A stretch of DNA of 64,000 bases from Flectonema sp. DT1601 (taxonomy: Eukaryota), in contig OZ025799.1 of the NCBI GenBank assembly GCA_964019425.1, positions 248,001 through 312,000 of the forward strand, given 5' to 3'. A model generated the notes under the pieces. It searched no databases. It saw nothing but the letters and a program-made list of their open reading frames with translations, and had not been told where the DNA came from. The translations under genes and the position numbers were made by a program. This document shows positions 11,636 through 21,700 of this stretch, in pieces (the first letter of the stretch is position 1; each line of letters opens with the position of its first letter).

Positions 11636-12573
11636 CTATTTTACTTTGTCAATGAAGTCGGCTGGGTTACCGTGCTCTAAAAATGGTAAAAGCATCTTCT
11701 TAGCGAGTTCTGCATACTCGACAGTACCTCCGTTGTCGAACCTGTTTTGTAGTTTTATTTTGTATAGAGCTCCGCGACAATTTTACGGGACGTGAAGGTC
11801 TCTGACGAGGGTAATACATGTTTGATAATATAACAAAGTAAACATACCCTTGAACCAATTCTCTAAATTCGTCATCGGTATACTTTTCTCCCATTGATGT
11901 CATTATGTGACGAAATTCATTAGTGCTAACAGTACCATTCAAATTCTTATCAAACACTCGAAAGGCTTCAAGTACAGACTCAAGGGTATCCACTTGATCA
12001 TCCATTTCTGATACTAATTTCTTGTATCCATTTTTATCGAGGGCTTGAGATCCTTTACCACCATCCTTCTGTAGATCTCTGATTACTTCCTCACTTGGAT
12101 TGAGACCAGCAGCACGGAGGGCTGTTGGAATACTCTCTGGGGGGATAACTCCATCTGTTTTTTTTGTTTTTTTTAGATAGTATCATTAATTTTAGAACAG
12201 AAAAGTGAGAATAAGAAAAGCAGAGGTTAGTAAAAGAAAAAGTATTCATTTCTGCAGTTTCCTAACATCTAGGGCACCGCATTGAGTTATTTAGTTACAG
12301 TCAGGTAATAGAATATGTATTTTCAATATTTTCAATCTTTTAGATAGACAGATACATAAGGAAGTCCAATACATTGCGTACTGTGCATCGCTGATACTGC
12401 AAACTAAAGAGCATCGGGTTAACTCCCCAGAGAGCAACGAGGCAACAGGCAACGTAATTAGACTCAATCTTATTAAGATTGTTTTATTGAGGTGAACATA
12501 AAAATCATAAAAAAAACATACTCTTTTGCAACAGCGAAAACGCCTCCTCCATTAGTGTTTCTTGAGAAGTCAT
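11636..12573 (-). CDS. EF-hand protein, calmodulin/myosin-light-chain-like, 154 aa, 3 exons (12573-12522, 12154-11848, 11741-11636)
   Basis: Spliced translation [40 protein letters not shown]...[59 protein letters not shown]...K*. Both introns are GTATGT...ACAG with compatible phases, giving 465 nt in total. Confidence 0.88.
11742..11847 (-). other. Spliceosomal GT-AG intron 2 of the EF-hand gene (106 nt)
   Basis: GTATGT donor and AAATAAAACTACAAAACAG acceptor; removal restores the fourth EF-hand-like segment. Confidence 0.85.
12155..12521 (-). other. Spliceosomal GT-AG intron 1 of the EF-hand gene (367 nt)
   Basis: GTATGT donor and CTAAAAAAAACAAAAAAAAACAG acceptor; the phase-1 join keeps the reading frame. 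Confidence 0.82.
12341..12488 (-). mobile_element. Severely 5'-truncated copy (3' end only) of the LINE at 31181-33877, inside intron 1
   Basis: Aligns by eye with ~31198-31341 (ATAAGGAAGTCCAATACATTGCGTACTGTGCATCGCTGATAC...GATTGTTTTATT) with scattered substitutions and a degenerate TAGA tail. Confidence 0.9.
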
Positions 12574-13576
12574 TTTTTTTTTTTTTTTTTTTTTTTTTTT
12601 CCCTTCTTCTTGGTTTAGATTTCCCTGAGGTAACAATATTTTTAAAACACTTAAAATAACAGTTTTATAATAAATTTATCAGGTTACGTTATGATAGTAC
12701 CCTCGTACTCATCTTTTATTGCATTAAAAGTAAATTTAATATGTAAGAAAAGTATTTTAAAATCCAATGCCGGGGAAAGGGGAGGAAGCTGTCTGAGAAT
12801 TCCTTCCAAGTTATTTTAGAGTTCCTCACAACAGCTTCTTGCCTTTTGCAATGAAAAAAAAAAATTAAAATAAAAAACAGATTCAAAAAAAAAAAAAAGA
12901 GCATTTGCGTTCATGGCGATAATCGCTGCTACCCGGAAGGGTACAATAATCATCGTTAAAGGGAAAGAGAAGACCCAGAAAATGATAGGTTTTTTTCCAT
13001 AGTTCGATGGTGTAGTGCCAAATTGACTAAATTTCGCACCTTCGCTAAGCTTCTTTATTCATACCTTCTGCAAAAGGGTTTGCTGAAACCTTTCACAGAG
13101 AACTGAAGGACGCAGATTACAGAAATTCAAAAAAAAAAAAAAAAAAAAAAAGGGAATTCACACCTTGCAAAGTTATACTGTAATTTCGGTTGTCTAACGC
13201 GATTACAAAAATATGGTTACACAAAAAAAGAAAACATGCTGTGCACCACCAAAATGCAAAAATTGATTTCATGTTCACTTCCATGACAGTATTTCTCATA
13301 GATTTTGAGTATCACTATTCAGCGATTCATTATTGATACAGGTTGGCTGAATTAAACAGAACTAAGAAAAAATAAAAGATGTAAATAAAAAACAAGATAA
13401 GTCGGACTGCATGATGTAAGAAAAGAAATCTCTTCTCTACTACAGACGAATCAACTTGTAAAATAGTTTTTCCAACACTAGAGGCCACACCTAATAAAAC
13501 AACACAGAGCATACTACTTCAACTGATATAACTCACAGACCGCCAAAGCCCTAAAGAGCAGTCACACGGGTCTGGA

Positions 13577-13885
13577 TTATGAGTTTTTCTTCTTTCTTGC
13601 AAGCGCTTGATCTCTGACGAGGTACTCAACGTATTCCGTGTGTCTGTCTCGTACTCTGAAGTTTTCCTTGCTTTGCTTGTAGTCAGTAAGATCGTATTCT
13701 TGCATTACTTTATTCATAGTACATGGTTCTTCAGGCATGTAACCAGGGTTTAGTCGACGCCACATCTCACAAGAACGATCCTGTTGAGATTGCTTTCCAT
13801 TCTGTGAAACTTCATTTTGCTTTTGAGCGATTCGGTTTGCATTGTAGTTCGCTGACCGGAACTTCACATCAAGCATGTCGCACAT
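13577..13885 (-). CDS. Hypothetical protein, ~100 aa
   Basis: Clean ORF of protein-like composition on the coding strand with an A-rich context before the ATG; no family recognised. Confidence 0.65.
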   Translation of the reverse strand: MCDMLDVKFRSANYNANRIAQKQNEVSQNGKQSQQDRSCEMWRRLNPGYMPEEPCTMNKVMQEYDLTDYKQSKENFRVRDRHTEYVEYLVRDQALARKKKNS

Positions 13886-14368
13886 TTTATTTCCTTTTTT
13901 TGTTTAGTGTTGTCTGTTTGGTAGTTGGATACTGTGTATGGTCTGCTTATTGTTTATTAAAGTTATTCAGGTGTTTATCTGCGACTATTCACCACCACAA
14001 CATCAACTTCTATTGATTCCTTAACGAGGCTGTTAAGAAGTATATTTAATATCCGGGATATGAATGAACTTTTAATTTTTAAAAAAAAAAAAAAAAAAAC
14101 TAAAAAAAAAAACTTAACAACTGATTGAGGAATGCGAGTCGGACACACTCGCCGTAAAAATTACAAAACTACTGATTGCGAAGGATTGCTGAATACTGAT
14201 TATGTCCCTGACCTGAAAGTAATGTTTTTCCGTTTGAATGGCGTTTCTGAAAGGAAATCATGATTGATTTCATAACCGTTTCGAGCGCTAGGCTTATTGA
14301 AGCCTGAGATTGCCGAAAACAAGCGAATGTTAATACGAAACAGAAATATAAGATGAAGTACGAGATGA

Positions 14369-15163
14369 TTACGACCTTCCCTTTTTAGCTTTGCGTGGCT
14401 TGCGTCCAGCTTGTTTTTGAACTTTCTTAAGTTTCTTTGCCTTTGAACGATTCCTTTGAACAGGGAGTGAAGCAAAAGGATCTTCAGAGTCAGAGTCAGC
14501 ATTAGCCTCTTCCTCAGACTTTGAGTTATCACTTTCACAGTCAGATTCCGCTGGTTCGCTGCCGCTAGCAACAGAGAAGTCTATTTCTGCATCGTCGTCA
14601 GAACTGTAGTCACGTTGGCAGATGGATGCGCCGTCCTTTGCGTTTATTGAAACCCATCCTTCCAATGGTTGTACTATCTTACCTCTTCTTCCATTCTGTT
14701 GTACGATATCAAGTATTGTGTTGTGATCTAATCTTCCAACTGATGAACTTTCTAAGTCTTCAGATTGTCGGACTACTACCCCAGGGCTTACTACAATCCA
14801 TCTCTCACCCTGAAAGTTTTTTATTTTTGGTCGTTTTATTTGATTTTCTTCTGTTTCTGGGGCTGGTGTTGATTTCTTTTCTGGTTCGGTCTCTGGTTCA
14901 TTGTCAGCTACCTCGTCCCTCTTGCGCTTTTCTTTAATTGGTGCTCCACCATTTTCGGCTCTTATCTTAGCCCTCAAGTGTTGGACTCTAGCCATCATGA
15001 TCGCCTTGTTGTGAGGGATTACCTGTTGTTGCATTCTGTGTTCCTTCATCTTTGTTTCTCCTGACACCTTTGAACGCAACTTCTTACAGAGTCGCATGTT
15101 TAGATTCTTCTTTCTCTCCTTATTCTCCTTCCTTGATAAGTATGGGTTTGAACCACGTCCCAT
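14369..15163 (-). CDS. Basic/acidic low-complexity protein with a central SH3b-like domain, 264 aa
   Basis: K/R-rich termini; WIVVSPGVVVRQSEDLESSSVGRLD...GRRGKIVQPLEGWVS resembles an SH3b-type pattern; upstream CCTTTCCACAG acceptor-like site. Confidence 0.75.
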   Translation of the reverse strand: MGRGSNPYLSRKENKERKKNLNMRLCKKLRSKVSGETKMKEHRMQQQVIPHNKAIMMARVQHLRAKIRAENGGAPIKEKRKRDEVADNEPETEPEKKSTPAPETEENQIKRPKIKNFQGERWIVVSPGVVVRQSEDLESSSVGRLDHNTILDIVQQNGRRGKIVQPLEGWVSINAKDGASICQRDYSSDDDAEIDFSVASGSEPAESDCESDNSKSEEEANADSDSEDPFASLPVQRNRSKAKKLKKVQKQAGRKPRKAKKGRS

Positions 15164-15761
15164 TTTTCTTGTTTACTATATTCTTGATATTCGCCTGTGG
15201 AAAGGTGATGTGATAAAGATAAGGAACACAAGCTCATAACACATGCCCCCCTCATCGAGTCTCATTTGATATTAGAAAACCTGCAGAAGAAACTACTAAG
15301 TCAGTATCAAAAGTCACAATGTTAACAAGTTCGATTCCGAGTGACGATGATTTATTTCAACACTCGCATAAAGAGAGAGGAACACAAAGAGTCTAAACAA
15401 CTAGCTGGCACACACTAACCAGAACTTAATTGAAACAAGACCTGGCCTATTGCTTCTGAAATTGAAGCAATAAGACAAATAGAAAAAAGAGAGAGAGTGG
15501 AGTGTAATAAAGAAACAAACTCCCTTACTGAGAGCTGTTTTATTAAAATATGAAATCTAATTGTCTTCATAATAAAAATGAGACTTTTAGCTAACGATGT
15601 AGATTCTTCAAGTAGACTATATAGATACCATAGTTAAGAATATGCTGTTCTGTGTGTTGATAACACATCGTCTTGTTGTTCTTCATTAAAGCAAATCTCT
15701 TAATTAATGAGAGATTGGCCTGTTGTTGTTCAACAGGTTGCTGTAGTCTGTTTCTTTTGTT

Positions 15762-16820
15762 TTAGTCTTTCGCGTCAGTTATTCCTTCAGAACTGATTTG
15801 GTAAACAGCTTCAGACTCCGGAAGACAAGGGGAATCATGAATTTTACAAATTCTTTGATCACCACGACCCTTTCTAAGATACAATCTAGTAGTCGACGCG
15901 TGAGCCATAACATGACCTCCGACTGGTTTCTTTGGATCAGCTGTGAACATTTGACCACCCGGATCAGATACAACTTGATTAGTGATGTAGACTGCGATAT
16001 TAAATTCTTCCGCAAGTTTGACGAGATGTGAAAGCATTCTTCCAAGTTTCTGTTGTCTATCTGCAAGCTGTCCTCTTCCAATAAAGTCAACTCGGAATAA
16101 CGCGGTGATACTGTCAATAATTAATAACCTAAATTGATCATCAACCATTTTCGCTCCTAACATCCCTAATAAAGATGCTTGATGTTCGTGAGTGTAGGCT
16201 CTCGCTACGATTATGTTTTCAAGAGCTGCTTCAGCTTCTAATCCGAAGCGTTCAGCAATTGGTCTGATTCTCTCCGGTCTGAAAGTACCTTCAGTATCAA
16301 TGTAGGCAATCTTTCCATTACCTCCGTTCATTGAACGGGGTAACTGTGTTGTAACACAAAGAGTGTGAGCAAGTTGTGTTTTTCCAGTTCGAAACTCTCC
16401 AAAGGCTTCTGTGATTGACATTGTTTCGATACCTCCTCCAAGAAGTTCATCGAAGGCTTTACAGCCAGTTGTTATCTTTACAACGTCTGACCGTTTTTGA
16501 AGCGCTTCTACTCCAGAGTGGAATCCGGCAAAACTAACAAACTTCTTAGCAGCGTCGAGTATCTTATCGATCTTTGCATCGCTGAGTCCCTTTATGTCAG
16601 CCAGATCTTTCTTTACGATCATTAATAATCCTCCAACAGTGTTAACACCACCTGCCTTTAGCTTTGCAACATCAGCAGCGCCAATACCAACTTCAGTTAG
16701 TCGTTCGATGTCAGTCCAGCCTTCTTCTGCTTCTTCTTCTTCGGCTTCAGGAGTTTGTTCTACAGGAGCCTTTTCTTGTTCGATCTTGCGCTTTTTCTCA
16801 GCCTGTGGTGCTGTTGGCAT
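15762..16820 (-). CDS. DMC1: Meiotic recombinase DMC1
   Basis: Walker A in [36 protein letters not shown], Walker [33 protein letters not shown]. The EAFGEF, LFRVDF and RQQKL residues are DMC1-type rather than RAD51-type. Confidence 0.93.
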   Translation of the reverse strand: MPTAPQAEKKRKIEQEKAPVEQTPEAEEEEAEEGWTDIERLTEVGIGAADVAKLKAGGVNTVGGLLMIVKKDLADIKGLSDAKIDKILDAAKKFVSFAGFHSGVEALQKRSDVVKITTGCKAFDELLGGGIETMSITEAFGEFRTGKTQLAHTLCVTTQLPRSMNGGNGKIAYIDTEGTFRPERIRPIAERFGLEAEAALENIIVARAYTHEHQASLLGMLGAKMVDDQFRLLIIDSITALFRVDFIGRGQLADRQQKLGRMLSHLVKLAEEFNIAVYITNQVVSDPGGQMFTADPKKPVGGHVMAHASTTRLYLRKGRGDQRICKIHDSPCLPESEAVYQISSEGITDAKD

Positions 16821-17283
16821 TTTGTTTGGTTGTATTTGAAGCTGTTAAGGATAAATGAATAAAAGCTTTGCGTACACTGAGACACTTCATGGCATTGGTT
16901 TAATAGAAAAATGAAAGATGTCTGTGACTGGGATCATCAATTCAAGTCAATGTAGACTTTGAAAAAAAAACCGTCTGCAGAATTAATTAATACTCTCGCG
17001 GACTAATTATTTTCATTTCTAATTTATCGATCGCTTTTTTTTTTTTTTTTACGTTGAGATAATCATTTTTTTTTTTTTAGCGGACTTGTTTCAGACTTAG
17101 CTTATTGTGCTGACGAGCACTATTCAGAAAGGTTAGGGCACCATAAAAAATGACACGAAATCACACCAGCCTTTTTGCTACAAAGTAGCTCATAATGGAT
17201 TGTGTGAGAGGGGGGAAAAAAAAAAATTTTTCAATAAAGAAAAAAAAGCTATTTCCTTTGCAATCATTATTCACGAAAGGGGA

Positions 17284-18177
17284 TCAGCTTAGGTATTTGT
17301 CAGGGTTTTGACTAATATCAGAAAGCGCTTTTTGAACGAAAGCAGCTAAAGGTGATGGAAGGTTATCAAGAGAGAACCACTGAAGGTCATCGTGCTTGTG
17401 AGGTTCCTTATTAGTGGCTTTAAGAGGATCGCCAACCGCAGTTGCGATGTAACCAAGTGCGACCCAATTAGCTCCTGGAGGTGTTTGTGTAGTGACATCC
17501 AGTATTTTGGGGTTTTTAATCTCCAAACCAACTTCTTCAATCATTTCTCTCGATAACGCTTCTTCAACAGTTTCACCCAACTCAACAGCTCCTCCTGGTC
17601 GAGCCCATGTCCCAGGTTCAGATTTAGCATCCGCACTTCTCTTTATTAACAACACGTTCCTTTCATTATCGAATATAAAAGCTCCACAGCCGACTCCAAC
17701 GCAATGTTTTCCGGGTTGAATTGGCGGTTTTGGAGACACCTTTGATGAAGAAAGAATCTTTTTAATTAAGTCGTCTTCATTATCACAAATGCTACTCGAA
17801 GGTATTCCTAAAACACGAAGCCTTGAGAGGATGTCTTTACCACTTGGGTGTTCAGGATTAATCATAACCAAACAATCATGACGCCTTCCAACAATAAATC
17901 CTAATTCAAATAATGAAATAGTACTCGAGACTTCTCCAAACCAGAATACTGGTTTTACCTGTTTCCAATCATCAAGGCAGTCAAGTTCCCATTTACATTG
18001 TTGGATGTGTTCTTCTTCATTTAGCTCGTCGTAGCGTTCATTAATTGGATTTATAATACTGACGCCTAATCCGGTTACAAGTTTTCCTATTCTTTCACGC
18101 CATTGCTCTGTTGCACTTCCAGCAAGGAAGACTGCTCTTTCAGTGACTCGTTCTCCAGGATGATATATGGTACCCAT
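17284..18177 (-). CDS. Nucleoside 2-deoxyribosyltransferase-like domain fused to a Nudix hydrolase, 297 aa
   Basis: N-terminal VFLAGS..WR..IINP..QCKWELDCL..VFWF..ISLFELG pattern; C-terminal VGVGCGAFI plus a complete Nudix box GGAVELGETVEEALSREMIEEVGL. Confidence 0.85.
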   Translation of the reverse strand: MGTIYHPGERVTERAVFLAGSATEQWRERIGKLVTGLGVSIINPINERYDELNEEEHIQQCKWELDCLDDWKQVKPVFWFGEVSSTISLFELGFIVGRRHDCLVMINPEHPSGKDILSRLRVLGIPSSSICDNEDDLIKKILSSSKVSPKPPIQPGKHCVGVGCGAFIFDNERNVLLIKRSADAKSEPGTWARPGGAVELGETVEEALSREMIEEVGLEIKNPKILDVTTQTPPGANWVALGYIATAVGDPLKATNKEPHKHDDLQWFSLDNLPSPLAAFVQKALSDISQNPDKYLS

Positions 18178-18734
18178 AATAAGTGTTTGAAGTTTCTGTT
18201 AAAAATCATCAGAAACAAAAAAGAACAGCAAAGCTAATCAGAGAACCATAAAATGGTATCAAAAGAACAACACTAAAAACTTAATCAACGAGGGGATTTT
18301 TAAAATCCAAATTTAAAAAAAAAAAAAATTACTACTAATAATAACATCAAATTAATTTCTACTTTATAATAGCGGACTGTATTCGCCAGAGTGGGAACCC
18401 CGCGATGCCGCGAAGATTGTTTTTTTTTTTTTTTTTTTTTCATTTTTTTTTCCTGACATAAAGCAACAAACAAATATTGATTAATTCTGGACTGTGATCA
18501 TAGCAATGCGGAGCACCTAATTATGCTAAGATTATTGTTTTTTTTTTCCAGAAAAAAAAAACGCTGAAAAACGCACCAAGATCGAACAGAGAAGTAAGTT
18601 AAAAGGTAAGAAAGGAAATACTATTCACAATTGAGAGAGAAGTGTATTAGAAAATAAATAACAGAGGAGTTTCGAAGTAACTAATAACGAGCAACGGATG
18701 AAAAAAAAAAAAAAAGGAAAAAGCAAAAATATTG

Positions 18735-21700
18735 TTACGGAGCTGTGGTTCGTTTTGTTATTGATGCGAGTTTATTCGCTGCAATCATTAACTCTTCTTG
18801 AATCTTTTTGAACTCTGCAAGAGAAGGTATTCTTTCTAAGTGTGAAAAAGTTGTGATTCGCCTGACAACATTATCAGATGCAGCACTCACTGCATTTAAA
18901 TCTGACTCAGACACAGTCGCAACGGAACAGGACGATGATGATCTGAGAGTCTTCACAGCATTACTTCCATTACCTCTAACTGAAGCCTGCTTAGTAATAT
19001 TAACAGGTTTTCGTATACTCGATCCGCGACGTGGTGGTTGTGGACCGTTGACAGGAGTGCTGCTTTTCTTTTTAATTTGATCAATCTGTTCTTGTTTCTG
19101 TTCAAGTTGTGCTTGAAATGATTTTCTCTCTAAATCTCTTGAGTTGTCCGCCTCAAGTAATGCTTTCTTAGTAGATTCAAGTTCTTCTTTGAGATTATTA
19201 TTTTTATTAGTATCAGTTCCGATTTCACAGTCAGAGTCATCTCCAGCAAGAGAACTATTTTCAGAATCAGAACACAACGACATTGAATCACCAACACGTT
19301 CAACACCGTATCCTACTAAGTTTGGATCGGCATTAAGTCTGTCAGTCAAGGGTGGTTTTGCAAACTTATGAGGCGATGTACACTTTACCCCAATATCATC
19401 AGCATACACGGCTAAATGAAATTCCCCATTCGTAGCCGGAAGTTGTTCTCCATCCTTCGTTGTGATCCCTTGTAATGTTACCCAATAACTGTTCTTCGTC
19501 GCCTGTAAAGTCGTTTCCAAAACGCACTCGTTTGCCCAGAAGGCGTCGCATGCGGCGACTTTTTTTGTTTTAACATGTTCTGAAATTTTTTTATCAGTTT
19601 TTTTCCAATTATCATCAATGATTTCGTAAACCGACAACAACAAATAGACGTCTTTCGAATAACCTAAAATTGTAACTTTTCCAGAACCCGTAATTAAGAT
19701 CATCGGACTTTTTGCTGGAGTGCTATCATAAGAAGAATCCCAAGCACCAGAATATTGAAAAGCGTACCACTCAGAACGAGGTTCTAAAGGTGTGATGTCA
19801 ATGTCTGCTTGATCTGAATAAAAAGCCAAACGATATTCATCTTCAATTGGATTCTCAGTAAAAGGAACATAGACATACGGAATACCAGGTTGTAATGTTG
19901 CGTGAGTTTTTACAGTACAAGAAGACAGATATTCATTGCAAGCAACAAAACTAACATTCTGAGGTGATGGAACGTTGCTTCGAATGTATCTTTTTTGAGG
20001 TGCAAACATAGCATTAAATATTCGACCGTGGAGGTGGGGACGTTCTTTTGCTTCTTCGTTGGTAACATCGTCTTCAGGTATTTCTTCATCATCAGCTGCG
20101 AGAGATTGTTTAACTCTGAAATCATCTATTCTTTTATAAGAAAGAATCACAGTTACAAGTGTTGGTTCTGATACTGTAATACGATACTGATCGGAGTTTC
20201 GCCAATCAAAGTTGTCAACCCCTCTGCCTGTCATCTTTGACCAGAATCCTTCAAAGATTCTTCGAATCCAACCTCCTTCTTCTGGTACATGTGTGACTTC
20301 AATTTGCTCATCTGCAAAGACTCCCAAAACGTAATTCGTATGTTGTTTAGCATGAGCAGTAAATGGTATTATAATATAAGGATCAGGTGATCCTTTCAGT
20401 GTTAGCGATAGAGTGTTCTCCCTGTTTCGATTGTATCTACCAGACGTTATAAATCTTCCATTAAAATCCAATTGTTTTAAACATTTATCAACCAGTAGAT
20501 TCTTATCACCTTTGAACACCGCAATTCCCATGTAAATCGTCTTTCTCTTTAATCGTTTAAACGACTGAGAAACCACTCCTTGATGACCTGCAGCTGCTCC
20601 ATTATCGCAACTGGTGTCACTGAGTACGATGCTTATGTTACAGTCTTTGGGAACTTGTAACATAAATTGAGGATTATCAATAAAAGTGCTGTACGTTGGT
20701 CTTCCACCAGCTGTGAACGTCCCCCACTCACTTTTATACGTGACTCCAAAATAACTAAATAGTACGTTGTTGTTGTTATCACGGATGGTGTGAGATGCTG
20801 TGCTGGATGATCTGTTTTCTGATGTGATGGAATCGCTAAAAACTCTTCCAAGACCTTCAAGTAGTTTAAAATTAATATCAGAGTAGTTTGGATGTTTCTG
20901 AAGGACTGTCATGTTATTTTTATTATTACAACAAACATTAACCAAAGCATAAGCCGTAAGAACCGGTAGTTGTGGATCTCTCTCACCAACAGGTGAGAAT
21001 AACGTTTTAACCAGAATCTGTATCCCGTCAAGCTTTGCTATTTCAGCTTGGCAGCTGGTATGTTGCTGAGCAAGCCTTCCAATAACAGTCACACCAACCT
21101 TAATTAAATCAGCTACTTCAGGAGGAGTGTCTCTGATGAGGTTTATCATTTTATTTAAGAGCCCTCGTTTCAAAAGTTTATCCTTTATTTGAGGTTGGCC
21201 ATCAGCTATCTCTGCCAAAGCACTACAAGCAGACTCCTGAACTTGTTGATGAGGATGAGTTCCTACCATGTCACCTAATTGATAGAGGACATCATCACTA
21301 ACACATTGTTTATTTGAAGAACAACCTCTGACAAGAGATTCTAAAGCTCGACATGCAAATTGCTTACTATGTTCGTCTGATCTCTTTAACACTTCCGACA
21401 CAATTGGAATTCCATCCAGTTCTCTTGCTTCATCCCTTCCCTTCTCATCAACAGCGATAGACAGAGCATATGCTGCATGGGCAATGTAAGATTCTCTTCC
21501 TTTGTTTGCTTTGCAATCAATTAGACATAATAACTTTTTCAGTCCTCCCAATTCTCTAAATTTAGATTTCGAATCAGGAAATAGAATGCAGTGAGAAGTT
21601 AACTCGTGTAGAGATTCAGGTAACATTTTGTATATCCTGCTGAGCTCTTGATTTGTTTTCTGAAGAATGGCTGAAGTTTTCTTTGATAAACGTCTCTCAT

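Noticed and set aside
11802..11856. Hammerhead-like CTGACGA followed by a GGGTA/TACCC stem
   Set aside because: No GAAA core after the stem, stems I and III cannot be formed, and it lies antisense to the transcript.
11700..12005. ORF-track 101-aa protein as a standalone gene
   Set aside because: It is part of exon 2 read through into intron 2; the 3-exon model gives a complete EF-hand protein.
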